A DNA stretch of 64,000 nucleotides from NCBI RefSeq assembly GCF_964194155.1, contig NC_135900.1:18972001-19036000 (forward strand), given 5' to 3'. Numbering within the stretch: position 1 is the stretch's first letter; every line of letters begins with the position of its first letter. Positions 1 through 12,200 of this stretch are shown piece by piece. The notes under the pieces were generated by a model. The model ran no database searches, was not told the origin of the DNA, and saw only the letters and a program-made list of their open reading frames with translations. This DNA comes from Cetorhinus maximus (Eukaryota). The translations under genes were made by a program, and so were the position numbers.

Positions 1-860
1 CATGTTTGTGCCTTGTAGTCATTATGTTCAAAGTACTTTACTGTCAGTGCTGCTCCTTTTGCTAGTTTACTTTGTTCTACCAGTTTCATTCAGGTCTAAT
101 TTGTTGAATGGAATCACATTCTAAAAATAAAATTGCAGTTTTCTCTGACTGTAAATTAGAGTACTTTTGACATGATTAGCAACTGGTCATATTAAACCTT
201 CAGTCAGCGACACAGTGCCATTTAGTAATTGTAAAAAAAAACACAGACGCTACAGTTATCAATTCCTAGACTATAAGATACACTAAAAGATGGAACTTGC
301 ATCTAATGTTTCTTGACTATTTTTGTATTGTACAATACTGTAAAATTTTCTAACGTGTTATAAAGTGTTAGTCTCTCTGCATAAATATAGTGATTGTATA
401 AAAGTAGTAAAATAGTTCTAAAATTATTTTTACATAGGGCACAAAAATAGTACAAGCTCAGAGTGGCGCACATCCTTGCTTAATTTTGTTGTAAATTTTT
501 TTATATATATTTTACCCATTTTTGGTGTTTTGAGTTGCAAACATTCCATGTTTTTCTTGCATTGCTCTTTGTCATAACCAAGTTTAGGATATACTCCAAG
601 CAAAAATTAGTTAGACGTTGCCATGTTTTATTATTTGAATTTCAGGTACTGATGTTTGCCAAAATTGCTGGTTTTGAGGAATGCCCATATGTTTTGTGCC
701 TGAGGTTGTCAAATGTCAAAAGTGCCAATATTGTAATACTTTTTGTAGCATGAGAATGATGATTTTACAAACATTTATCATTGCTACAGTCACCTGGTTT
801 ACAAGAGTCCTCTAGTTTTGAAGTAAAACCAAATTTTTTAAATAAATCATTGTTTATGTA
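1..860 (+). other. Probable 3' UTR end of the upstream gene (FRS2 by synteny), with poly(A) signal AATAAA at 841-846
   Basis: Repeat-free, AT/U-rich sequence with no credible ORF. AATAAA at 841-846 is followed by a GU-rich tract. FRS2 lies directly upstream of CCT2 on the same strand in human, so the identity is inferred from synteny only. Confidence 0.5.
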
Positions 861-1147
861 TTTGGCAGCTGCCCAGAAATTCAGCGTTTAACAGCTCTTG
901 AAGTTCACTGTGGAATAAGCTGCATCACGAGAAGTGAGCAATGTACTTAGTGTATGATTAATAAACTTTTTTTTTGCTGAATAACAACCATCTCTGGTGA
1001 CGTGGTTACCATTCATTTCTAATGTGGAAACTGCCCTCAAAGGTGGAGGGTGGCAACAAAGTGGAGCCTGATGCCAGCCCAACTGACTGGATGGTGAGCA
1101 AGTCTGAACAATGCGAGAACTAAATAATCCACCACCTAATGCCAGGG

Positions 1148-1341
1148 ATAAAATCAGAAGATGCTGGAAATACTCAGCAGCTGTGGTAGCATCTGTGGAG
1201 AGAAACAGAGTTAATGTTTCTAGTCCAATATGACCATTTTGAACTCGAAATGTTAACACTGTTTCTCTTTCTACAGATGCTGCCAGACCTGCTGAGTTTT
1301 TCCAGTATTTTGTTTTTATTTGATTTCCAGTATTTTGCTTT
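1148..1341. repeat. Short imperfect palindrome made of two inverted Penelope-like terminal repeats
   Basis: GATGCTGGAAATACTCAGCAG...GCATCTGTGGAGAGAAACAGAGTTAA is mirrored by TTAACACTGTTTCTCTTTCTACAGATGCTGCCAGACCTGCTGAGTTTTTCCAG. The same motif ends the GIY-YIG-bearing remnants at 25331 and 37280. Confidence 0.7.
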
Positions 1342-1497
1342 AACCTAATCCAGGGAGTTGTATGGATCCAGCACAGTGATCACACAATTTAGATTAGCCT
1401 TATCTCTAACCCAGTGCCTGTTCCACCCGAGGCTCAGGGGCTGGGATTCGTAGCCACTCTCAGGACGGGAATTACAGCTGGGCTCAGGAGGCGGGGA

Positions 1498-2403
1498 TAT
1501 ATATTAATGATCTAGATCTTGGTGTGCAGGGGACAATTTCAAAGGTTGTAGATGATATGAAGCTTGAGCGTGTTGTAAACTGTGAGGAGGCCAGTGTGGA
1601 ACTTCAAGAGGACATAGACAAGTTGGTGGAGTGGGCAGATAGGTGGCAGATGAAGTTCAATGTGGAGAAGTGAGGTGATGCATTTTGGTAGGATGAACAT
1701 GGACAATATAAAATGATGGGTGAAATTATGAAGGGGGTGCAGGAGAAGAAAGACCTGGATATATACGTGCATAGATCATTGAAGGTGGCAGGACAGGTGC
1801 AGAGAGCAGTTAATAACGCATATAGTATCCAGGGCTTTGTTAATGGGGCATAGAGCACAAGAGCAAGGAGGTTGCGCTGAATTTATGTAAGACCTCAGCT
1901 GGAGTATTGTGTATGGTTCTGGGTGCCACATTACAGGAAGGATTTGAACATATTGGAGAGAGTGCATAAGAATGATTCCAAGGATGAGAAATTTCAGCTA
2001 TGAAGATAGATTGGAGAAGTTGGAAGTTGGGACTGTTCTCCTTGGAGAGAAGAAGGCTGAGAGGAGTTTTGTTAGAGATATTCAGAATCATGAGGGGGCT
2101 GGACAGAGTAGGTAGGGTGAAGCTGGTAAAAGGATCAAGAACAAGAGGGCACAGATTTAAAGTGATATGCTAAAGAAGCAAATGTGATGAGGAAAAACTT
2201 GTTCACACAACTAGTGGTTTGGGTCTAGAATGCACTGCCTGGAAGTGTAGTTCAGTCAAGTCATTCAAAGGGGCCTTAGATTATTTGAATAGAAACAATA
2301 TGCAGGGGAAAGGGGAGGGCCACGGCATAGCTCATAATGCTCATTTGGTGAGCCGGTGCAGACACGATGGGCCGAATGGCCTTCCGTGCCGTTAAAATTC
2401 TGA
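1498..2403 (+). mobile_element. CR1-clade LINE, 5'-truncated (RT C-terminus and 3' UTR)
   Basis: Decayed RT C-terminal motifs (INDLD, WADRWQMKFN, PQLEYC) and the typical 3' end GATGGGCCGAATGGCCTTC. Confidence 0.85.
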
Positions 2404-3200
2404 TCACAGCGGGGCCGGGTGGGGAGCGGGGGCTACAGCCGGAGCTCGCGGCCCGGCTCAGAGGGCGGGGATTACAGCCGGAGCTTGGGGGGCGGGGCTC
2501 ACGGGGTGGGGACTACAGCCGGGGTTTGGGAGGCACGGATTACAGCCGGGTCTCAGGGGGCGGAGACTACAGTTAGAGCTCGCGGGGTGCGGATAGCAGC
2601 CGGGTTAAGGTGACGCAGCATCCGGCGGTTGGGCAGAGGCAGAGGGAACGGCGACGCTTGGGCTTTCATCATGGTAGGTGGCTGGTGTCGGAGCGCCCGG
2701 GGTCTTTGACACCGGCAGCTATAGCCGGGGTGGCCCTTCCGACAGTGGTTTCGGCGATGTGTATTTTCCCACGATTTTGGTCGGTTGGCGGAGGGGATTT
2801 GAACCTTTTGTCCTCCCCGGCTGAGCACGTGTTGCGCTCACGCACCGTCTCTGGGCCGCCTCACTTTTCCCTCCTCCCTCCCGGTGGAGGCGGTGGCTGA
2901 TCCCGGGGAGGGAGGGAGGATTTGTTTAGGCGTTTAGATTTAGGGATCGGCTTGAGTAGCAGAAAATTAAACGGTGGTGTAGGAGCCCCCGGCCTGGGGA
3001 GAAAATTGGCCGTTTTATTTTGTCGAACGCGGAGTCTGAGGCAGGAGGTTGTCCCGATGTCGATCTGGAGAGCGGACAAAGCGGCATCACGGAAAGTTCT
3101 AGCCCTTCTGGGGTGGAGTGTTATCCTGAGTCAGTGCGCAGGCGCGGCCCATCTCTCCGAGACACTCAATTCTGCAAAATGCGAATAAATTGCACCGCGC
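2404..3200 (+). promoter_or_regulatory. CCT2: CCT2 CpG-island promoter with GC-box/(T/C)TACAGCC repeats and a CRE-like TGACGCA (2611-2617)
   Basis: Sharp CpG/GC enrichment around exon 1, with several GGGGCGGGG boxes. Confidence 0.8.
2671..2673 (+). CDS. CCT2: CCT2 exon 1 (ATG only)
   Basis: TTCATC-ATG|GTAGGT within the CpG island; joins exon 2 in phase 0. Confidence 0.9.
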
Positions 3201-6200
3201 TCAGCAACTACCACTGCTACTTGCATTTTTATAGCACCGGTATCGTCACCAAACGCCCCCAAGTCAATTCATGGACCTTTTTATCAGGCTAGGTCGAAAT
3301 GGTTCTCTAGATATATGGGATACTTTATTAGCAGAAGTACACAATACAAAAGTTGGTAAGTTACGTACTTAACACAGGATAATCGGCACAGAAACAGCCC
3401 GATTAGTCCACGCAGCAGTTCATGCTCCTCTGCTGGAGCTTGAGGTTGTGCCAGAGCTCTGTACAATAATAGGTCACTGCTCGGGTACTGCCTACAGTTC
3501 TGAACGCCGCACTAAAGGAAGGATATGAAAGTACCAGGGCGGGTCCAGACTAGATTTACAAGGATGCTGCCAGGAATAAAGAATTTTAGCATTGAGGAAT
3601 GATTGCATAGGCTGACGTTGCTTTCTTTGGAACAGAGGAGGATGAGGGAGATTTGCTCAAGGTGGATAAAATTGCAAAGCCTAAATGGAGTGGATAGGAA
3701 GGACTATTCCCCTGAACAGAGAGATCAATCATCAGGGGCATAGATTTAAAATTAGTAGCAGAAGGTTTTGAGGGGAAATTGAGGAAATAGTTCATCCCGG
3801 AGGTGGTGGAACATTTCACTACCTGAAACGTTGGTAGAAGCAGAAGCCTTTGCATTTTTTTTTTAAAACCCTGGGTATGGAGGGATTTTCTTATGAGGAG
3901 AGGTTGAATAGGCTGGGCTTGTACTCATTGGGATTTAGAAGAATGAGAGGTGACCTTAATGAAACATAAAAGGTTCTTATGAGGCTTGACAGGTCAGATG
4001 CTGAGAGGTTGTTTCCCCTTGTGGGAGAGTCTAGGACCAGAGGGCATAATCTCAGAGTGATGGGTCGCCCATTTAAGACATGAGGAGGAATTTCTTCTGA
4101 GGGCTATAAATCGGTGGAATTCTTACCATAGAGGGCTGTAGAGGATGGGTCGTTAAGTATATTCAAGGCTGAGATACACGTTTTAAATCAGTAAGGGAAT
4201 CAACAGTTATGGGAGAAAGGCAGGAAAGTGGAGTTGAGGATTAGCAGATCAGCCATGATCTCATTGAATGGCCAAGCAGACTTGATGGCTGAACGGTCTG
4301 CTTCTTAAGAGGTCCAAGTTTTTTTGTTTTGTCTTATGCAGCTTAAGTGCTGTAACCTTCAGGGCTACGGGCCAATAAAGTTGAATTAGACTGAATAACA
4401 CCTTTTCAGCTGGCACAAACATGATGGGCTGCATGGGCTCCTCCTGTGCTGTACATTTTTTATGTTTTTAAAAATTGACGGAGACATTAGAACAGGTGTC
4501 CAAATGCTTGGTCAAAGTTATAGGTTTTAAGATGAGCCTTGTAAGAAGGGGAAAAGCTTAGGAAGTCCGGGACTGAAACAGTTGAAGTTTTGGCTTTCGA
4601 AGGAAATGCAGCATTTTCAAGAGGCCAGAATTTGAGGAATGCAGAGTTCTCAGAAGGCTAAAGGGCTGGAGGCAGTTACCGGGAGAGGGAAGAGTGAGGC
4701 TATGGAGGATTTGAACACAAGGATTGTGTTCCTTGTGTATTAAAAATTGATATTAGTGGATTAGGAACCAATGTAGGTCAGTAAGTACAGCAGTGATAGA
4801 TAATGAAAATAAAGCATTAAGATATGGGAAGCAGAGTTTTGGTTGAGTGCTAGTGTATGAAATGTTGAAGATGGGAGGCCGCCCAGAACATTGACATGGT
4901 CGTGTTTAGAGATACGAAAAGCCAAAAAGAGAGTTGGTGCAGTGCTCATAGGACGGAAAATAATTGCAGTGGCTGCTTTTCTGTTTACTGCTGTATTCTT
5001 ACTAGCTGTTAGGGAAATTGCTGTGCTGTGTAACTAGAGCTGCTCAGCTATGTTCTATTGAGCACTGCGGCTTAAGGTTGTAAGGTTTTAAATCCCTGCA
5101 CTTAAATCTGATGCACCTGCACTTGATTGGCATTATTCAAGCAAATACAGGTGGTTCAACTTTTCAATACAGTAGTATTTAGAAGTTGGGATAAATAAAT
5201 TAAAAAATGCTGTGGGGATGGTAATTCGCTACATTTGAAATTACTTTTAAGTTTCTTTTTTATATAGGCTTCCCTTTCATTTGCTCCTGTGAATATCTTC
5301 AAAGCTGGTGCCGATGAAGAAAAAGCTGAGACAGCCCGTCTGGTAAGCAATAATTCCTTGTTTAAGAGGTCCAAGTTTTTTTGTTTTGGCAAATGGGAAT
5401 AATACATCTAACAAACATTCAGTCTGGAAAAAGTTTAAAAGCAAAATTGTAGCAGTAGTGGGCAGATGTGATTAGCTGAAAATAGCAGTAGAGCTCAGAA
5501 TGAAATCATTTTTGTACTTATTTACTAATAATCTTGTCACTTTTATGTCTGAATTCAAGATTTGGATTGAACATAACTGATTATTGTAGTGTAGTTGAAC
5601 TGTTAGTTTCATTCCCTATAATGCAATTAATGTTCAGAGGCAATAATCCTAAATTTTCTTTGTGCTCCACTTATTCAATGTTTATATATGAACGACATCT
5701 TAAAGGGAACAGCTTGTGAGCAGTCTGCATAATACCTTCATGATTACTGTGCAGTTACACAACTTAGAGGGATTGTTGCTCAGAGGTCAATAATGGGATG
5801 AGTGGTCTAAGGAGATTTCTGTATGGTTCAAAGTATTCCATCATAATGTCCTGGAAAAACACATCTACAAATTAGGAGTAGGAGTAGGCCATTCTGCCCT
5901 TCAAACCTGCACCACCATTCAGTAAGACCATGGCTGATCTGATTATAACCTCAACTCCATATTCGTAGCTACTCACCTGCTTATCAAGAATTTATCTACC
6001 TATGCCTTAAAAGTATTCAAAGACTCTACTTCCACCACATTTTGAGGATCAGAATCCTAAAGACTCACTACCTTCAGAGAAAATATTTCTCCTCATCTCT
6101 TGTTTTAAATGGATGACTCCTTATTTTAAACAGTGGCCTAGTTCTAGATTCTTCCACAAGAAGAAACATCCTTTCCATATATACCCTGTCAAGACCCCTC

Positions 6201-9200
6201 AGGATCTCGTAAGCTTCGATGAAGTCACCTCTTACTCTTCTAAACTCTGGCGGATCCAAGTTTAGCTTGCATAAGACAACTCTCCCGTTGCAGATATTAG
6301 TCTAGTAAACCTTCTCTGAACTGCCTTCAATGCGTTTACATCCTTCCTTAAATAAGGACACCAATACTGTACACAGTACTCCAGATCTGATCTTACCAGT
6401 TCCCTGTATAACTGAAGCATAACCTCTCTACTTTTGTATTCAATTCCCCTTGCAATAAATGATAACATTCTATTAGCTTTCCTAATTACTTGCTGTGCCT
6501 GCAAACTAGCCTTTTGCAATTCATGCACTAGGACACCTAAATCTCTCTGCATCTCAGTGCTCTGCAATCTCTCACCATTTAGATAATATGCTTTTTTATT
6601 CTTCCTGCCAAAATGGACAATTTCATTGCACATATTGTACTCCATTTGTCAGACCCTTGCCCACTCACTTAACCTATCTATATTCCTTTGTAGCCTCCTT
6701 AGGTCCTCTTCACAGCTTACTTTCTGACCTATGTTTGTGTCATCAGCAAATTTAGCAACCATACCTTTGGTCCCTTCATCCAAGTCATTTATATAAATTG
6801 TAAAAAGGTGAGGCCCCAGTACTGATCCCTGTGGCACACTGCTCATTACATCTTGCCAACCCGAAAATGACCCATTTATGCCTACTGTTTCCTGTTAGCT
6901 AGCCAATCTGCTATCCCTACACCATAGGCTTTTATTTTTCACAATCTTTGACGTGGCACCTCATCAAATGCTTTCTGGAAATCTATGTACGATACATCCA
7001 CCGGTTTCCTTTATCCACAGCACATGTTACTATTTCAAAGAACACCAGTAAATTGGTGAAACATGATTTCCCCCTCTCTCAAAACCATGTTGACTCTGCC
7101 TGATTATCATGACTTTATCTAAGTGCTGTGCTATAACGTCTAAGCAACGACTTCTAATATTTTCCATATGACATGTTAAGCTAACTGGCCTGTAGTTTCC
7201 TGCTTTGTCTTCCTCCCTTTTGAATAAAAGAGTTACATTTGTTATATTTCAATTTAATGGAACCTTCCCCAAATCTAGGGAATTTTGGAAAATTAAAACC
7301 AATGCATTAACTATCTCACTAGCCACTTCTTTTAAGATCCTAGGACCAAGTCCATCAGGATCTGGGGGCTTGACAGCCCACAGCTCTGTCAATTTGCTCG
7401 GTACCACTTCCCTGGTGACTGTAATTTTGAGTTCCTTGCTCTCTGTTATGATACAGCAGTTTGTAAAGGCTGAGTTATTTAAAATCCCAGAAGGAAACTT
7501 TAAACAACTGTCATAACCTATATTTTCAATTGGTATGTTTTGAGTTGCAGCTCTAAATTCAGGAATAAGACCACCAGTTCGCCAGAGGTTTTTATATCAG
7601 ACTAAATTAGATATTTATTAATTTACCACAAATTAAAACATACACATGGCTACAAATTACTACTATCATAACTTATAAATTCCCAAATTAATCTTCATGA
7701 AGGCAACAATAACCAATAGACTTAACCAGACACCAGGCTAAGCATTTTCACCATACAAATTCAAAATGAGGTTCCTTTCAATTTGGTTCCTTCACAGACA
7801 GTTGTAGGCTTACAGGCTTAAATCTTACATGCCCCTGCCCTTCACACACAAACTCCTTTCTGTTATACCTAGCCTCCCCTTTGAATGCAAATTCTCATTG
7901 TATCACCAGGCACTTTGAACTCTACCTCTTCTAACAATAAAGCCCCTTTCATAGTACCAATTTTATTAGTAATATAAACATATTGCTTGATTTCTCCTAG
8001 CTAGGTGCAAGATTGCACCCCCAATCTTTGGTTTATTCAACAAAATGCAAATACACCCTTTACCTTTCTGTTTACATCTCAAAACTACTATACAATGCAC
8101 CCAGACTAGCTGGCTTTAATCCAATTAACACACACACGCACACAGACTACATCTCTATTTAAAAAAATAATTTCCAAAAACATTATATGCATTAATATCT
8201 CTTCATGAAGCTCCTTTGCACCTCCTTATTTACAGCTATTGGGATGTTGCTTGTAGACCCATAGACGCCTACAGAACAAGGAGGCCATTCAGCCCATCAT
8301 GTCCGGGTTGGTCAACAAAGGACTGACCACACTAACCCTATTTTCCAGTGCTTGGCCCATAGCCCTGGAGGCTATGGCAAAGCAAGTGAATATATAAATA
8401 TTTCATGTTACGAGAGTTTCTGGCTCAACCACCCTTTGAGGCAGAGAGTTCCAGACTCCCACCACCCCCTGGGTGAAGAAATTTCTCCTCAACTTCCCTC
8501 TTAGCCTTCTACCTCTTACCTTAAATCTATGTGCCCTGGTTATTGACCCCTCTACTAATGGAAAAAGTGCCTTCCTATCCACCCTATCTATGTCCCTCAT
8601 AATCTTATGCACCTCTATCAGGTCCCCTCTCAACCTTCGTTGCTCCAAGGAAAACAACCCCAGCCTATCCAATCTTTCCTCATAGCTCAGACCCTCCAGC
8701 CCAGGCAGCTTCCTGGTAAATCTCCTCTGCACCCTCTCCAGTGCAACCACATCCTTCCTATAATGTGGTGACCAGAACTGCACGCAGTACTCCAGTTGTG
8801 GCCTAACCAGTGTTTTGCACGGTTCCACCATAACCTCCCTGCTCTTGTATTCAATGCCTCAGCTAATAAAGGCAAGTATCCCATATGCCTTATTAACCAC
8901 CTTATCTACCTGCTCTGCTACCTTCAGGGCTCTGTGGATACGCACACTAAGGTCCCTCTGATCTTCAAGTACTTTCCAGGGTCCTGCCATTCATAGTATA
9001 ATCCCTTGCCTTGTTAGCCCTCCCCAAGTGCATTACCTCACACTTTTCTGGGTTGAATTCCATTTGCCACTGCTCTGCCCACCTGACCAGTCCATTGATA
9101 TCCTCCTGCTGTTTACCACCCTACCAATTTTCGTGTTATTCGCAAACTTCATGATCATACCCCTTACATTTAAGTCCAGATCATATATGTATGCCACAAA

Positions 9201-12200
9201 CAGCAAGCGCCCCACCACTGGAAACAGACTTTCAGTCACAGAAACATCTCTGTACAATTACCCTGTGCTTTCTGTTTCTCAGCCAATTTTGGATCCAACG
9301 TACAACTTTGCCTTGGATCCCATGGGCTCTTACTTTCTTGACCAGTCTGCCATGAGAGGCCTTATCAAAAGCCTTGCTAAAGTCCATGTAGACCACATCA
9401 AATGCATCCTCATCAACATTCCTAGTTACCTCCTCAAAAAATTTGATCAAATGTCAAACATGACTTTCCATTAACAAATCCATGCTGATTATCCCCGATT
9501 AATTCGTGTCTCTTCAAGTGCAGATGTATTCTGTGTCTCAGAATTCTTTCTAGTAACTTCCCCACCACCAAGGTTAGACTGACTGGCCTATAATTTCCTG
9601 GTCTATACCTTCCTTTTTTTTAATAATGGGACAACGTTAGCAGTCCTCTGGCACCTCACGTGTGGCTAAACAGGATTTGAAAATTACTGCCAGGTCCCCT
9701 GATATCTCTTCCCTTGCCTCCCTCAACAGCCTTGAATACCTCTCATCTGGGCCTGCAGATTTATCCACTTTTAAGGCTGCTAAACCCTCTAGTACCTCCT
9801 CTCTATGTTAATTTCCTCTTAATATTTCACAGTCCTCCTGACGTTTATATCTGCATCGTCCTTTTCCATTGTGAAGACTGATGTAAAGTATTCATTGAGG
9901 ACTGCACCCACGTCTTCCAGGTCCACACACACATTACCTTTATAGCCCCTAATTGGCCCTACTCTTTCCCTAGTTACTCTCTTGTACCTTCTATAGTGAA
10001 GTCTGATGCTAAATACTTATTCAATTCATCTGCCATCTCCTTATTTTCCATTATTATTTCCCCAGACTCACTTTCCAAAGGACCATTGCTCAACTTTTTA
10101 AAAAAAATCTATAGAAACTCTTACTATCTGCTTTTATCTTCCTAGCTAGCTTTCTCCCGTGTTCTAATTTTTGCCTTTTCATTATTCTTCTAGCCATTCT
10201 CTGTTGCTTTTCATATTCTTGTGCAATGATATGCTTTTTCACTAAGTTTGATACTATCTTTAACTTTAGTTAACCACGGGTGCTGGGTCCTCCCTTGGAA
10301 TTTTTCTTTCTTGTTGGAATGTAACCCTTTAAATGTCTGCCACTGCATCCCTATTGACCTATCCCTGAACGTAATTTGCCAGTTTAATTCCCCCCACTCT
10401 ACTGTCTCCTACTATTACTACATTCCTTTTTGCTCCCTCCACTTGAATGGCTTCCTGTGCCACAGTGCAATGGCCAGTCAGCTCATCCACCTGGCAGCCC
10501 CCACTAACGTCCCAACAAGCTGAAAGAACCTCAAACTTGTTGGACAATTGCAAAGGCTGGACTCCTGCCCTCTAGATCCCCTTGCCTGCATTACTCACAG
10601 TCATACCCTCCTGTCCCTAACCTAAGAAGACCCTATCCTAAGGGGTGTGACTGCCTCCTGGTACAAAGCATCCAGGTAACTTTCCTCCTCCCTGATGCAT
10701 CACAGTGTCTGCAGCTCGGCCTCCAGCTCAATGATTCTGAGCCGAAGCTCCTCGAGCCGCAAACACTTACTGCAGACGTGTTTGCCCTGGATCACAATGA
10801 TACCCAGGAGCTCTCCCATGTTACAGCTGTGACACATCACCTGTCCTGCCATGCTTAATGTGTTTAAATTAGCTGCTTAATTATTTTAATTAATTAATTA
10901 GTTTAATTAATGAATTTAATTAATTCAATTAATTATTTTCCCCTTATATATTTTATTAACCTTACCACCAGTTCGTGGACTATTTTTAAAGTTTAAGGAT
11001 AGAATGGACCTTAACCACTTACCAGATACTCGCCAAACTTCATCCCCTGTAGTAGAGTAAGAACCAATTCCTATAGGGCGAAAAGGTTGGAAAAGCAAAG
11101 GAGCACCTCCTTCACCTAATTCTCTCACTCACCCAACTCCCAGCATTCTTGTTCAAAGTTGCACTCCTGTGCCAAGTTGCACTGAGAGGCCTGTATTTGT
11201 AAACTTTGAAACTAAAGACTTAGCTCAGCCCCAGGTATAGAAAAACAGTTTCATCTAGTTTCCTTAATTTGTTAACTTCAACTGCTCTCTAGTGGAGAGC
11301 TTGTATATCCCTGCTTAAGCCTGGGTGAAATTTCGAATTTAAACAGGAAATTTCATTTAGATGTTAAATACAAACAAACTAGATTTTTAGAAAGAGACTA
11401 AGGTGCCCTTACTCACCCAACTCCCAGCACTCTTATTCAAAGCCTCGTTCCAATGTGACTTTTCCAACTTTCATTGGAATCCTGGACTGGTATATTTTTC
11501 TTCCTTTCTCCTTACTGTTGGCACTTCCATCACATCACTAATCAATGTCAATTACATGCACTTTTTAGTGGCTTGTTAGAAATTAATTGGACTGATTTGA
11601 GAGCTGATCCAGAGCTGACCAAACACAGGAAATGAAGCTATTGACAATTTATCCTGTTGTGTAGTGAATTTTATTTATGTTGCATTGGATAAAACCTTTT
11701 CAGCATTATGTATATGATTTGTTTCAGTCGTCTTTTGTCGGTGCCATTGCAGTTGGAGATTTGGTTAAAAGTACTTTGGGTCCAAAAGGCATGGTAAGTA
11801 GCCAAATTCAGGTTTAATGTAAATTTAGTTCTGTGTACACTTTTTGATGAGTTTATAGGCTTTTTTATTGTTATTTGCCCTACCTTTTAATTTTAGCATT
11901 GAACATTTACAGGAAAGAACATTCTGTTGGTGTTGCATATTTAAAGTGTTATTTATTCTATGACTGGATACAAGACCCAAAAAATAATTTTTATTCCTGT
12001 TTTAGGACAAGATACTGCTGAGTGGAGGAAGAGATTCTTCTGTGACAGTGACCAATGATGGAGCAACAATCCTTAAAGCTATTGGTGTTGATAACCCAGC
12101 AGCTAGAATTTTGGTTGGTAAGTTAATATGATTATTGATCTTGTACACAAAATTTAAACAATCCTTGAAATTATATTGCTAGATTCAAAAGTAGAATTGG

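Larger units (their letters stand above)
5862..11450 (-). mobile_element. Decayed CR1-clade LINE (ORF1 esterase remnant plus ORF2 RT), interrupted by a solo LTR and a second CR1
   Basis: ORF fragments VPQGSVLGP...INDLDE...KFADDT (6649-6846) and LEYCVQYW (6262-6645); ORF1-like LSNKFEVL...VVIVGDS (10359-10553); 3' tail near 5870. Confidence 0.9.

Noticed and set aside
3091-3102. GAAAGTTC heat-shock-element-like motif in CCT2 intron 1
   Set aside because: Only two nGAAn units, too weak to call.
11128-11441. Direct repeat CTCACCCAACTCCCAGCA...TTCAAAG
   Set aside because: It lies within the CR1 5' region, where such repeats are usual. It is not a CRISPR-like array, and no prokaryote-type system was seen in the window.
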